From sequence record SRR31156797_4878: 32,568 nt of DNA. One strand, 5' to 3'. Both the position numbers and the translations under genes were made by a program. The number at the start of each line of letters is the position of its first letter. Position 1 is the first letter of the stretch. Shown here piece after piece: positions 9,675 through 19,939 of this stretch. The notes under the pieces were generated by a model, which did no database searches, was not told where the DNA came from, and saw only the letters and a list, made by a program, of their open reading frames with translations.

Positions 9675-11945
9675 ATGAGAAAACTAAAACTGACATTGTT
9701 AGCTGTACTAAGCATCATTTTTATGAATGCTTGCCGTCAAAGTCATTCAGAAAAAGAAGGGGATGGTATAGATAAAAAGGTAGAAAATCTTTTATCGCAA
9801 ATGACCATTGAAGAAAAGGTTGGTCAAATGGTGCAATATAATGGGTTTTATGATGCTACAGGACCTGCACCAAAAGATGGAAATGCCAAGGAAAAATACG
9901 AACATCTGAAAAAAGGTTTGGTAGGTTCGTTTTTAAATGTTCGTGGTGTTGAGCAAGTTCTGGCCTTGCAGAAGATTGCCGTAGAAGAAACACGTTTAGG
10001 TATTCCATTAATTTTCGGATTAGATGTAATACATGGTCATAAAACATTGGCTCCAATTCCGCTTGCAGAAGCAGCTAGCTGGGATTTGGATGCGATAAAA
10101 ACATCAGCAAGAATTGCTGCAATAGAAGCATCAGCAGTGGGCATAAACTGGACTTTTGCTCCAATGGTTGATATTTACAGAGATGCAAGGTGGGGGCGAG
10201 TAATGGAAGGTGCCGGCGAAGATCCATACCTGGGAGCTAAAATAGGAGTAGCACGGGTAAAAGGTTTTCAGGGGGATGATTTAACGGCCAATAATACCAT
10301 TGCTGCCTGTGCCAAGCATTTTGCCGGTTATGGTTTTGTTGAGGCAGGTAAGGAATACAATACCGTTGATTTTGGAACATCTACTTTGTATAATATCGTT
10401 TTGCCACCTTTTAAAGCCGCAGTGGAAGAAGGTGATGTTAAAACCATAATGAATGCCTTTAATATTGTTAACGGTGTTCCATCAACGGGAAATGCCTTTT
10501 TACAGAGAGATATTCTCAAGGGAGAATGGGGCTTTAAAGGTTTTGTTATTTCTGACTGGGCCAGTGGAGCTGAAATGGTTACACATGGTTATTCTAAAGA
10601 TTTAAAAGAAGCAGCTATGCATGCTGCTAATGCGGGTTCAGATATGGATATGGAATCGCATGGTTATGTAAAGTATCTGGCAGATCTAGTAAAGGAAGGG
10701 AAGGTACAGGAATCTGTTATTGATGAATCTGCAGGACGAGTACTAAGGGTAAAATACGAACTGGGACTTTTTGATGACCCTTATAAGTACTGCGATGAGA
10801 AAAGAGAAAAGGATTTATTATACCACAAGGATCATTACCAAGCAGCTTTGGATATGGCTCGAAAGTCTATTGTTTTATTAAAAAACGAGACGAACTTATT
10901 GCCATTATCTAAAGATCAAAAGGGTATTGCAGTTATTGGTGCTTTAGCAAATAATGATAACAGTCCATTAGGAAGTTGGCGTATTGGTTCTGATGATCAT
11001 ACGGCAGTAACAGTATTAGATGGTATTAAAAAGTATACGAGTGATTTTAACTACGCTAAAGGCGCTGAATTGGTAACCGCACCAACTAACTTTGTAACGG
11101 AGCTGGAGTTTAATACAAATGACAGAAGTGATTTTAAGGAAGCCATCAGGTTAGCAAAAAAATCAAAGGTGGTTGTGATGGTATTGGGAGAGCATGGTTT
11201 TCAGACAGGAGAATCACGAAGCCGAACTAAGCTGGATTTACCAGGTTTACAACAAGAATTACTAGAAGAAATTTATAAAGTCAATAATAATATTGTTTTG
11301 GTGTTAATGAATGGTCGACCATTAGCCATTACCTGGGCAGCAGAACATATTCCTTCTATCGTAGAAGCATGGCAATTGGGAACACAATCCGGCAACGCTA
11401 TTGCAGATGTTTTATTTGGAGCCTATAATCCATCCGGAAAGTTACCAATGAGTTTTCCTCGTAGCGTAGGTCAATGTCCAATTTATTATAATCATTTTAA
11501 TACTGGCCGTCCTGTGAATTCTGCCAATAATGTTTTTTGGTCACACTATACCGATGAATCAAACGATCCCTTATTTCCATTTGGATATGGTTTAAGCTAT
11601 AGCACATTTAAATATTCAGATCTGCACATTGATGATTCCAATGCTTCATCTATCAAAGTGAGTGTAAAAGTTACCAATACAAGTAAAATTGAAGGAGAAG
11701 AGGTTACGCAGTTGTACATTAGAGATTTACATGCTTCAGTTGTTCGTCCTGTAAAGGAATTAAAAGGATTTGAAAAATATAGTTTAAAACCTGGAGAGTC
11801 TAAAGCAGTTACTTTTATATTAACAGAAAAAGAACTGGGTTTTTATAACAATCAAGGGCACTTTGTGGTTGAACCGGGTTCTTTTGATGTGATGGTAGGA
11901 ACGAATTCTCAAAACGGAATAAGCGGAAGTTTTGAGTTAAAATAA
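9675..11945 (+). CDS. bglX: GH3 BglX-like beta-glucosidase, lipoprotein
   Basis: RLGIPLIFGLDVIHG, RWGRVMEGAGEDPYL, KHFAGYG, SDW, GESRSR and NPSGKLPMSFPR; lipobox FMNAC. Confidence 0.92.
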   Translation: MRKLKLTLLAVLSIIFMNACRQSHSEKEGDGIDKKVENLLSQMTIEEKVGQMVQYNGFYDATGPAPKDGNAKEKYEHLKKGLVGSFLNVRGVEQVLALQKIAVEETRLGIPLIFGLDVIHGHKTLAPIPLAEAASWDLDAIKTSARIAAIEASAVGINWTFAPMVDIYRDARWGRVMEGAGEDPYLGAKIGVARVKGFQGDDLTANNTIAACAKHFAGYGFVEAGKEYNTVDFGTSTLYNIVLPPFKAAVEEGDVKTIMNAFNIVNGVPSTGNAFLQRDILKGEWGFKGFVISDWASGAEMVTHGYSKDLKEAAMHAANAGSDMDMESHGYVKYLADLVKEGKVQESVIDESAGRVLRVKYELGLFDDPYKYCDEKREKDLLYHKDHYQAALDMARKSIVLLKNETNLLPLSKDQKGIAVIGALANNDNSPLGSWRIGSDDHTAVTVLDGIKKYTSDFNYAKGAELVTAPTNFVTELEFNTNDRSDFKEAIRLAKKSKVVVMVLGEHGFQTGESRSRTKLDLPGLQQELLEEIYKVNNNIVLVLMNGRPLAITWAAEHIPSIVEAWQLGTQSGNAIADVLFGAYNPSGKLPMSFPRSVGQCPIYYNHFNTGRPVNSANNVFWSHYTDESNDPLFPFGYGLSYSTFKYSDLHIDDSNASSIKVSVKVTNTSKIEGEEVTQLYIRDLHASVVRPVKELKGFEKYSLKPGESKAVTFILTEKELGFYNNQGHFVVEPGSFDVMVGTNSQNGISGSFELK

Positions 11946-11978
11946 TCATTGTTAGTCTAAAACCATATTACTACCAAA

Positions 11979-12020
11979 AAAAGGAGCACTCTAGCTATAG
12001 GTGCTCCTTTTGTATTTTTT
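11979..12020 (+). terminator. Intrinsic terminator
   Basis: aaaaggagcac-t-cta-gcta-tag-gtgctcctttt stem followed by T-rich tail, downstream of bglX. Confidence 0.85.
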
Positions 12021-12072
12021 TAAGATTAAATGATAATTTTATTGCGGATTAAACTCAGTTAACGTTATTTCA

Positions 12073-14733
12073 ATGATCAGATATCTATTTCTATTTTTAT
12101 TATTCTCATTCTTAAAGTTAGGGGCGTCCAATTATTTACCAAAGGTAACCAGTTACGACAAAGAGGCCTATAATGCAGGCAGACAAAACTGGGATGTTGA
12201 AATTGACAAGTATGGGGTGGTGTATTTTGGTAACTCTGATGGATTGTTATACAATGTATACGGAGAATGGGGATTAGCTACTTTGTCTGAAAAAGGTTTG
12301 GTAAGAGCGGTGCTTGCCGATAATGATAGTATTTGGTGTGGAAGTAGTGAATATGGATTTTTCACAAAGAAAGATGGTGAGTTTATTTATCATCAGGTAG
12401 GGAAAACAGAGGGAGAACCAATTTGGAACATAGAAAGTTATAAAAATCAAATTATTCTTCAATCTACCTTTCAGTTGTTCATTTATGATAAAGCCACCCA
12501 AAAAGTAAATACGATCGATACAAAAGATCGTATTTATTCCATAATAGATTGGGAAGATAAAATTTGGGTGGTATTAGCCAGTGGAAAGATTGGATATTTA
12601 TCTCAAGGAAAAGTAAATACGGTTTCTCAGTTTAAACAACTGGAAAACCGGGAAGTGAGAAAGAGCTTTATCCATAATGAAAGTTTGTTTTATGTTTTGT
12701 TTGATGGTGATGTGTATACTTATAACGGAACTGATCTAATACAAGTTAAATTACCTAAAATCTTAGATAATAAAACATTGTTTACAGGTATTTCCTACAA
12801 TAATAACTCCTACTGCCTGGGGTCGATCTCCAATGGATTTTTGCATATTGATGATGAAGGAGATGTTCTTCGGCACGTAAATTCGGGTGATGGATTAATT
12901 GATAACACAGTGCTTTCTATGCAATGTGATGAATTGGGTAATATATGGCTTGGTTTAGATTATGGTATTGCGAAAATAGAACTACAGAGTGCCATTAATA
13001 ATATTTTTGAAGGAGGCGCAACTTATAGTATAAAGGACTTTCAGGATAAAACCTATTTGGCAACCAATAAAGGACTATTCATGTCAGAGAAGGAGGAAGG
13101 TTTTCAAGCTGTACCAAATACCAGTGGTCAGGTATGGAAATTAAAAGAGATTGATAATGAGTTGTATGTTTGCCATAATAATGGTTTGTTTTTATTAAAG
13201 GGAGGTAATGTACAAAACATTGCACCTTATAGTGGTTTTATCGATGTTGCTCATTTTGAAGGCTCCGATTACTTCCTTTTTTCAGGATATCATGGAATTA
13301 TTTTAGTTAAAAAAGTGGGCAGTCGTTATGATTATATCAGTAACTTGAATATTTGGGGGAATTCAAGTTTAGTGTATGATAAGCTAAATAAATGTATTTG
13401 GGGCGAAATGAATGGGCAGAATATTGTAATGTTCACTTTGGATTCAAAATACAAGGTAAAATCTAGCAGAATAGATAGTGTAACCAAGATATTTCCAACT
13501 AAAACAGGTATTTATTTTAACGATGGCCAACATCTTTTGCAGTATAAAGATGGCGCATTTTTTAATTCTGAAAATCCCTTATTCGCCAAAGTATCAGCTG
13601 AAAATATTGAAGCCCTGAATTTTAGTAAAAATGGTAATGCCATGGCGTATATTCAGAACGAGGAAGTAAAACTGGATGTGTTATTGCCGGACGGGAATAT
13701 TTATTCCTACAATACTTTACTTAAATCATTAGGTAAACTTATAAATAATGATCGTAAGTATGTAGATATTGAAGAGAATAAGTTGCGATTAGCTACCGAC
13801 AGAGGCGTTACGGTTTTTGATATTGATTACCATTCTGATTTTAAAACCTTTAGTCCTCCAGTTGTGTCTTCCGTAACAGAGGTAAATAATAAAAACCAGA
13901 AAAAATACTTCCCTTTTCCGGCTAAAGGTCTAAAGTATAAAGCAGGAAATAAAGATTTAAGGTTTCGATTTAGTATTCATAAATCAAAACATGATGTAGT
14001 AGTATACCGATATCGTTTGTTGCCTCATGATAATCATTGGTCAGAATGGAGCTCCTCAATAGATGAAGCTTTTTATGCTCAATTAAAAGGAGGTAATTAT
14101 CACTTTTTTCTTCAGGCTAAAATAAATGGGGGTGAAGTAAAAGAGACCTCGTTATACTTAGGTATTGATAAGTGGTGGTATCAAACCTATTGGGTAATTA
14201 TACCTGTTTTTTTAGTTGTCGTTTTAATTTGGCTGACGATGTATTATGTGATGCTTAATATTAACAAGATTAAACTGAAAAAGCAGGAGAAAGTATTTGC
14301 ACAAAGCGAAGCAAAAAAAACACTTTCTCTAAAAAATGAGCAATTATTACAGTATACTGAAATTATCAGTCATAAAAATGAATTCTTAAATAAGTTAAAA
14401 CTAGGTTTAGAAGCAATGCGCAATGCTGAGGCAAAACGTTGGGCAAATATGATCAATGATGAGGTTAATAATGAAAAAAAGGAATTCCTTTTTCATAAAC
14501 TTTTCTCAGAAATTCATCAGGACTTTATTGCCCGCTTAACTGAAAAATATCCGTCACTTACTTCCAATGATATTCGAATTTTATCATTTATCAGGGCAAA
14601 TTTAGGTAACAAAGAAATATCAAACCTCATGAATATTTCTCCCCGAAGCCTAGATACAAACCGATACCGGTTACGAAAGAAATTAAACCTGGAACAAGGC
14701 TCCGATTTAAATCAGTTTATTCGTGATTTTTAA
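12073..14733 (+). CDS. Membrane-spanning one-component regulator: beta-propeller sensor + Y_Y_Y domain + TM + LuxR-type HTH
   Basis: QNW/YFGNSDGLL and NIWLGLDYGIAKI propeller repeats; YRYRL...WSEW...LKGGNYHF (Y_Y_Y); TM after WWYQT; C-terminal LTSNDIRI...KEISNLMNISPRSLDTNRYRLRKKLNL. No histidine kinase or receiver domain seen. Confidence 0.9.
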   Translation: MIRYLFLFLLFSFLKLGASNYLPKVTSYDKEAYNAGRQNWDVEIDKYGVVYFGNSDGLLYNVYGEWGLATLSEKGLVRAVLADNDSIWCGSSEYGFFTKKDGEFIYHQVGKTEGEPIWNIESYKNQIILQSTFQLFIYDKATQKVNTIDTKDRIYSIIDWEDKIWVVLASGKIGYLSQGKVNTVSQFKQLENREVRKSFIHNESLFYVLFDGDVYTYNGTDLIQVKLPKILDNKTLFTGISYNNNSYCLGSISNGFLHIDDEGDVLRHVNSGDGLIDNTVLSMQCDELGNIWLGLDYGIAKIELQSAINNIFEGGATYSIKDFQDKTYLATNKGLFMSEKEEGFQAVPNTSGQVWKLKEIDNELYVCHNNGLFLLKGGNVQNIAPYSGFIDVAHFEGSDYFLFSGYHGIILVKKVGSRYDYISNLNIWGNSSLVYDKLNKCIWGEMNGQNIVMFTLDSKYKVKSSRIDSVTKIFPTKTGIYFNDGQHLLQYKDGAFFNSENPLFAKVSAENIEALNFSKNGNAMAYIQNEEVKLDVLLPDGNIYSYNTLLKSLGKLINNDRKYVDIEENKLRLATDRGVTVFDIDYHSDFKTFSPPVVSSVTEVNNKNQKKYFPFPAKGLKYKAGNKDLRFRFSIHKSKHDVVVYRYRLLPHDNHWSEWSSSIDEAFYAQLKGGNYHFFLQAKINGGEVKETSLYLGIDKWWYQTYWVIIPVFLVVVLIWLTMYYVMLNINKIKLKKQEKVFAQSEAKKTLSLKNEQLLQYTEIISHKNEFLNKLKLGLEAMRNAEAKRWANMINDEVNNEKKEFLFHKLFSEIHQDFIARLTEKYPSLTSNDIRILSFIRANLGNKEISNLMNISPRSLDTNRYRLRKKLNLEQGSDLNQFIRDF

Positions 14734-14782
14734 CATTTATTTTGATTTTGTAAGTGTTTGATATGGCGATTGTAGTGCTCCG

Positions 14783-14833
14783 TTGTTGAGGCATTGTTGA
14801 GTGTTTAAATAGGCTTGTTGAGTTTAAGTTGAG
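14783..14833 (+). promoter_or_regulatory. Phased direct repeats (GTTGAG x4), candidate operator of the adjacent LuxR-type regulator
   Basis: GTTGAG at 14785, 14796, 14817 and 14828 (spacing 11/21/11); the first three extend to TTGTTGAG. Confidence 0.65.
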
Positions 14834-14842
14834 GCTGTTTTT

Positions 14843-14873
14843 TTTGAGCTATGTAAATTCTGGAATAATCTTG
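14843..14873 (+). promoter_or_regulatory. Candidate Bacteroidota sigma-70 promoter for susC
   Basis: TTTG (14843-14846), 19 nt, TAATCTTG (14866-14873); one mismatch to the TTTG...TAnnTTTG consensus. Confidence 0.55.
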
Positions 14874-15019
14874 TGTTAACGAAAAGTTAGCTCCATTTGT
14901 AAGGAGAGTAATTTGGTTATCTGGAATCGAAATTAGTGAAACGAACCAATATTGTTTTTTCGAAATGAAATACAAAAGTGGTGAGTTCCATGTGGCAATT
15001 AAAAAACAAAGCTAGACAC

Positions 15020-18000
15020 ATGAAAAACCTTTTAAGTTTAGTAGTATTATTTGCGTTAAGCATCCCTATTTTATCAGCTCAGGATAAATGGCCTTTATCT
15101 GGAAATGTAAGAGGAGAGGAAGATGGATACCCAATTGTGGGTGCCAATGTTGTGGTTAAAGGAACTGCAGTAGGAACAATTACTGATGTTGATGGAAATT
15201 TTACATTAAATGTAGATCCACAAAGTACAATCATTATTTCAATGATTGGCTTTAAGAACGTTGAAAAACAGATTACTGTACCTAATGAGACATGGAATAT
15301 TGTTTTAGAACCTGATAATTATGTGTTAGATGAAATTGTTTCGGTGGGTTATGGAACAATGAAAAAAAGTGATTTAACCGGTGCTGTTGCTTCTGTGAAA
15401 GCAGATGATCTACAAAAAACACCTGCTGCCGGTTTAGATCAGGCTCTTCAGGGTAAAGTAGCCGGAGTTACTGTAAATGCCAATAGCGGTCAGCCGGGAG
15501 AGGCTGCAGTAGTACGAATAAGGGGTATTGGAACGGTAAACAACAGTGCTCCTATTTATGTGGTAGATGGAATGATTTTAGAAGATATATCATTTCTAAG
15601 TCCTAATGATATAGAGTCTACCGAAGTATTAAAAGATGCCTCATCTACAGCTATCTATGGATCAAGAGGTGCCAATGGGGTAATTCTGATTAAAACTAAA
15701 AAGGGTGAAAAAGGAATAGCAAAAGTAACGCTAAACTCCTATATGGGTGTGCAGAACAGGTGGAAAAAGCTTGACCTGATGAAAAGAGATGAGTTTGCCG
15801 AAACTTTGTTAAAGTTAAATCCTAAAGCATCTTCAATAGCTAAATATGAGCAAGAGGGATTTAATGCCTGGATGAAAGACAATGTAGGAACTTCGCCTTA
15901 CTATCCTCTTTTAATGTCAACAGGTAATCCTTATGGAATGGATTATGCATCAGTAGAAACAGATTGGCAGGATGAAGTTTTTAAGAAGAATGCCGTTATT
16001 CAGGATTACTATGTATCGTTTAGCGGAGGAGATAAAAATAATAGCTATGTATTAAGTGCCAGTTACTTTAATCAGGATGGTACAGTTATAGGTTCTGATT
16101 ATGAGCGTTTAACAATTCGTGTGAATACTGCATTACAAGTAAACGATTGGTTAAAAATTGGAGAGAACCTTTCTTTTGTAAATTCTACAGGACGCAATGC
16201 CATGCATAATAGTTCAAGCCCGGGAGCTTCTGTTTTATCAGCAGCGATTGCTATGGCACCCTGGGATCCGACACACTATCCGGAAGGTTCTATAAATAAC
16301 GAAGGAAAAGATTTAAGTGGGCAGATTGCAGCTGCATCCAATTTTAAAAATGTAGTGAATCCTTTCTCTATGGTACAACATAATCACCCGGAAAATATTG
16401 TAGAACGTTGGGTTGGAGATATGTTTGTGGAACTAACACCGTTTAAAAACTTCAAATGGCGTTCTGCTATTAGTATGGATTTAGCCAATAACCGCGATCG
16501 TTCATTTGGTGATGCCTACCAATATTCGGATTACGATAAGAGAACAAAGAATTTCTTGTCGAGTAATATGCAGCATTACCGAACTTTAATTTTGGAAAAT
16601 ATTGCCAACTATTCTATTGATAAAGGTAGACATAGTTTATCCTTAATGGCCGGACAAACTACCGAAGAATACAATAACTACGGTATGGGAGGAGCAGGAG
16701 CTTCTATTTTAAATCCAACCGAAACCAACTGGTATCTTTCTAAAACCACTGAAGATAAAACAGAAGCTAATGACAATGTAGCAAGAACAAGGATGTTTTC
16801 TCTTTTAGGAAGATTGCATTATTCATACGCTGACCGTTACTTATTCACATTTAACTTTAGAGGTGATGGATCAAATAAGTTTCCTGAAAATGTTTGGGGT
16901 TATTTTCCTTCGATGGCATTAGCCTGGAGAGTTAGTGAAGAAAGATGGATGGAAAATGCAGCTGTTTTGGATTATTTGAAACTGCGTTTTGGCTGGGGCC
17001 AGATAGGTAATGACAAGATTGCGTCCAACAGTTTTGCCACCACCATGTTTGAGTCGAACACTGTATTTACTGGTTATCCATTAGGTCTTACTCAAACACT
17101 GGCTAATGGAGCCACAGTTCTGACTTATGCCAACAAGGGTGGTAAATGGGAAACGACTGAGCAGATTGGTGTTGGAATTGATTTTGGTTTTGCTGGGTTA
17201 ATAAATGGTAGCGTTGATGGATTTATCAGGGATACTAAAGAAATGTTATTAGGAGTGAAAGCTCCGGCTCAAGTAGGAAACCGATTCGATCCTTTAGCCA
17301 ATGTGGGAACAGTAAGGAACCAGGGAATTGAAATTGCCCTGGGACATAATGGAAAAATGGGGCAAGTAAGTTATAGCGTAAACGGAAATGCTTCTTTCAT
17401 TAAAAACGAATTAACTGCGTTAAATGGTGGTAGTCCGGTGTATGGAGACAGAACTTTAAGTGATGAAGGATTGGCTTTATATACCTTATGGGGATATCAG
17501 TACGAGGGAGTTTACAAAACCGACCAAGAGGCAATCGATCATTTATACTCATATTCAGCTAGTGAAATAGGTGTTCATGCCGGAGATGCTAAATACAAAG
17601 ATATAAGCGGTCCTGACGGAACACCGGATGGTAAAATTGATGACTACGATAAAACTGATATTGGAAACCCATTTCCCTGGTTAACCTATGGAATGAATCT
17701 GGAAGCTAAGTTTAAAGGTTTTGATTTACAAATGTTCTTCCAGGGAGTATATGGAAATGAAATCTATAATGCCGTTCGTCATCGCACAGAAGGAGCTGGG
17801 AATGACGCTACTTTGAGTACATCCATGCGTAATGTTTGGATCGATTATACAGACGTGATGAAAGCTAGTTTGGAATCATATGGGGTGGACTGGACACAAT
17901 TAGTTAATCCTGATGGAACTATTCCCAATCCAACTGGTAACCCAATGAACAGAGAAACTTCTGATCGCCTGGTTGAAAGCGGATCATACCTTCGATTAAA

Positions 18001-18202
18001 GAACGTGCAGTTGGGATATACTATTCCGAATAAAATTACACAAAGAGCAGGTATTAGCCGATGTCGATTCTATTTAAGTGCTTCTAATCTGGTTACATGG
18101 ACAAATTACTCCGGTTATGATCCGGAAGTCGGAAGCGGAATAGATTACGGGAACTATCCTCAAGCCAGAACTTTTACAATGGGTTTTAACCTTGATTTCT
18201 AA
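15020..18202 (+). CDS. susC: SusC/RagA TonB-dependent outer-membrane transporter
   Basis: Signal peptide from ATG 15020; GTITDVDGNF N-terminal domain; VLKDASSTAIYGSRGANGVILIKTKKG plug motif; C-terminal YPQARTFTMGFNLDF. Confidence 0.97.
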   Translation: MKNLLSLVVLFALSIPILSAQDKWPLSGNVRGEEDGYPIVGANVVVKGTAVGTITDVDGNFTLNVDPQSTIIISMIGFKNVEKQITVPNETWNIVLEPDNYVLDEIVSVGYGTMKKSDLTGAVASVKADDLQKTPAAGLDQALQGKVAGVTVNANSGQPGEAAVVRIRGIGTVNNSAPIYVVDGMILEDISFLSPNDIESTEVLKDASSTAIYGSRGANGVILIKTKKGEKGIAKVTLNSYMGVQNRWKKLDLMKRDEFAETLLKLNPKASSIAKYEQEGFNAWMKDNVGTSPYYPLLMSTGNPYGMDYASVETDWQDEVFKKNAVIQDYYVSFSGGDKNNSYVLSASYFNQDGTVIGSDYERLTIRVNTALQVNDWLKIGENLSFVNSTGRNAMHNSSSPGASVLSAAIAMAPWDPTHYPEGSINNEGKDLSGQIAAASNFKNVVNPFSMVQHNHPENIVERWVGDMFVELTPFKNFKWRSAISMDLANNRDRSFGDAYQYSDYDKRTKNFLSSNMQHYRTLILENIANYSIDKGRHSLSLMAGQTTEEYNNYGMGGAGASILNPTETNWYLSKTTEDKTEANDNVARTRMFSLLGRLHYSYADRYLFTFNFRGDGSNKFPENVWGYFPSMALAWRVSEERWMENAAVLDYLKLRFGWGQIGNDKIASNSFATTMFESNTVFTGYPLGLTQTLANGATVLTYANKGGKWETTEQIGVGIDFGFAGLINGSVDGFIRDTKEMLLGVKAPAQVGNRFDPLANVGTVRNQGIEIALGHNGKMGQVSYSVNGNASFIKNELTALNGGSPVYGDRTLSDEGLALYTLWGYQYEGVYKTDQEAIDHLYSYSASEIGVHAGDAKYKDISGPDGTPDGKIDDYDKTDIGNPFPWLTYGMNLEAKFKGFDLQMFFQGVYGNEIYNAVRHRTEGAGNDATLSTSMRNVWIDYTDVMKASLESYGVDWTQLVNPDGTIPNPTGNPMNRETSDRLVESGSYLRLKNVQLGYTIPNKITQRAGISRCRFYLSASNLVTWTNYSGYDPEVGSGIDYGNYPQARTFTMGFNLDF

Positions 18203-18267
18203 TTAACTAAATACACCACAAAGGGATGATGATTGAAAGAATCTGCACAGATTCATAAATGACATTA

Positions 18268-18308
18268 TAAATCACTCTTGTGTCTGGATACTTGAATCTT
18301 GATACTAA
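18268..18308 (+). repeat. 41-bp leader repeat, copy 1 (upstream of susD)
   Basis: taaatcactcttgtgtctggatacttgaatcttgatactaa; 37/41 identical to 23455-23495. Confidence 0.85.
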
Positions 18309-18319
18309 AATTTTAAAAA

Positions 18320-19900
18320 ATGAAATATCCAAAAATACAATTCGTATTCTTAGCTATGGTCGCAGTACTAGTTTCTTCTTGCGAGTCATGGTTAACAGAA
18401 CCATCTCCTGCAGTTACAGGGTTGGAGGATTATTATACATCAGGTGAAACCGGCATTTATACAACAAATGCTGCCTACGTTCCACTTACATGGGAATATA
18501 ACTATACCTATTACAGCGATTTCTTTATTGGTGATGTGATGTCGGATGATGCGCTAAAAGGAGGACAGAATACCAGCGATATGCCCGATGTATACGATAT
18601 GGAAAACTTCAAAACCATAGCCAATAATGGTTACTTGCTCGACTTTTACAGAACTCAATATATGGGTATTGGCCGATGTAATCTGGGCTTACGTGAAGTG
18701 CCAGAACTAACACCTAATGAAGCCATGACAGCAGAGGTTCAACAAAGATTATTGGGAGAACTTAAATTTTTAAGAGCCATGTACTATTTCCGTTTGGTGA
18801 GAGTTTTTGGAGGAGTTCCTTTGGTTGATTATGTAATTGAGTCATCAAATGAATGGCAACAGCCTCGCGCATCAGCTGATGTAGTTTATAATTTCATTAT
18901 TGCTGACCTGGAAGACGCGAACCAATTACTTTGGAAAAAGAGTGCTTATGCACCGGAGGAGTTAGGTAGGGCTACTAAGGGAGCTGCACAAGCTATGTTG
19001 TTAAAAGTGAATATGTATACGCATAATTATAGTGATGCAAAAAAATGGGGTGATTCTGTCATCATATCTAACGAATATGAGCTTTTAGCTAATTATGACG
19101 ATAATTTTTATGTAGAAAATGAAAATAGTATGGAATCTGTATTTGAAGTTCAGTATGCAGATGACCCAACGGGTGACTACGGAGGTTCAAATGGCGAAGG
19201 AGGTAGTGGATATACCCGTGGTACTTACTCTATTATTTTAACACGCTCTCGTTCTTCTCTTTTAGGAGGAGGTTGGGGATTCAATAAGCCAACTATCAAT
19301 TTATACAATGAGTACGAATCAAATGATCCGCGTAGAGATGCAACCATATTAAATCCTACAGATGATCAGATTGAAAACCCTGAACAGGAAATTTATATGG
19401 GTACTCGCTATCTAAATCGCAAAAGTGGTATGTACGATACGGAAGGCAATCCAATTGAACTTTCTCACCCGTCTCGTGGACCTTTAAATAGAATTGATAT
19501 TCGATATGCCGATGTACTATTAATGTATGCAGAGGCATGTTGTAAAGAGGGTGATCTAACTGCTGCCAAAAACGCCTTAGAGCAAGTACGCTTTAGAGCT
19601 AGAAATGGGCAAACGATACTTCCTGAGTTCCCAAATTACAACGGGTATTCAGATACACAAGAAGATTTAGAAAAGGCAATTCGTCACGAACGAAGAGTGG
19701 AGTTGGCTATGGAAGGACATCGTTGGTACGACCTGTGCAGATGGGGTGTTGCTAAAGAAGTAATGGATGCTTATAAGGCTACAGAATCGGTCGAAGCGCA
19801 AAGCCATATGGCTGAATTTATCGAAGGAAAGCATGAGCTTTTCCCGATACCAAGTAAAGAAATTGAATTAAATCCAATGGAACAAAATCCAATGTACTAG
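18320..19900 (+). CDS. susD: SusD/RagB glycan-binding lipoprotein
   Basis: Lipobox VSSC; GELKFLRAMYYFRLVRVFGGVP, GRATKGAA, IRYADVLLMYAEA and ERRVELAMEGHRWYDLCRW. Confidence 0.97.
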   Translation: MKYPKIQFVFLAMVAVLVSSCESWLTEPSPAVTGLEDYYTSGETGIYTTNAAYVPLTWEYNYTYYSDFFIGDVMSDDALKGGQNTSDMPDVYDMENFKTIANNGYLLDFYRTQYMGIGRCNLGLREVPELTPNEAMTAEVQQRLLGELKFLRAMYYFRLVRVFGGVPLVDYVIESSNEWQQPRASADVVYNFIIADLEDANQLLWKKSAYAPEELGRATKGAAQAMLLKVNMYTHNYSDAKKWGDSVIISNEYELLANYDDNFYVENENSMESVFEVQYADDPTGDYGGSNGEGGSGYTRGTYSIILTRSRSSLLGGGWGFNKPTINLYNEYESNDPRRDATILNPTDDQIENPEQEIYMGTRYLNRKSGMYDTEGNPIELSHPSRGPLNRIDIRYADVLLMYAEACCKEGDLTAAKNALEQVRFRARNGQTILPEFPNYNGYSDTQEDLEKAIRHERRVELAMEGHRWYDLCRWGVAKEVMDAYKATESVEAQSHMAEFIEGKHELFPIPSKEIELNPMEQNPMY

Positions 19901-19939
19901 AGGAATAAAATCAACTATTAATTATTTCAAATTTAAATT

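Noticed and set aside
12073-14733. Classical hybrid two-component system
   Set aside because: No HisKA, HATPase, receiver or AraC domain; too short.
14978-15019. Longer susC start (GTG 14978); likewise 23467 for GH128-2 and 27913 for the hydrolase
   Set aside because: Downstream ATGs give proper signal or anchor sequences; the 23467 and 27913 extensions run through a leader repeat and a terminator.
17599-17650. EF-hand-like DISGPDGTPDGKIDDYD in SusC
   Set aside because: Common loop in SusC proteins; not unusual.
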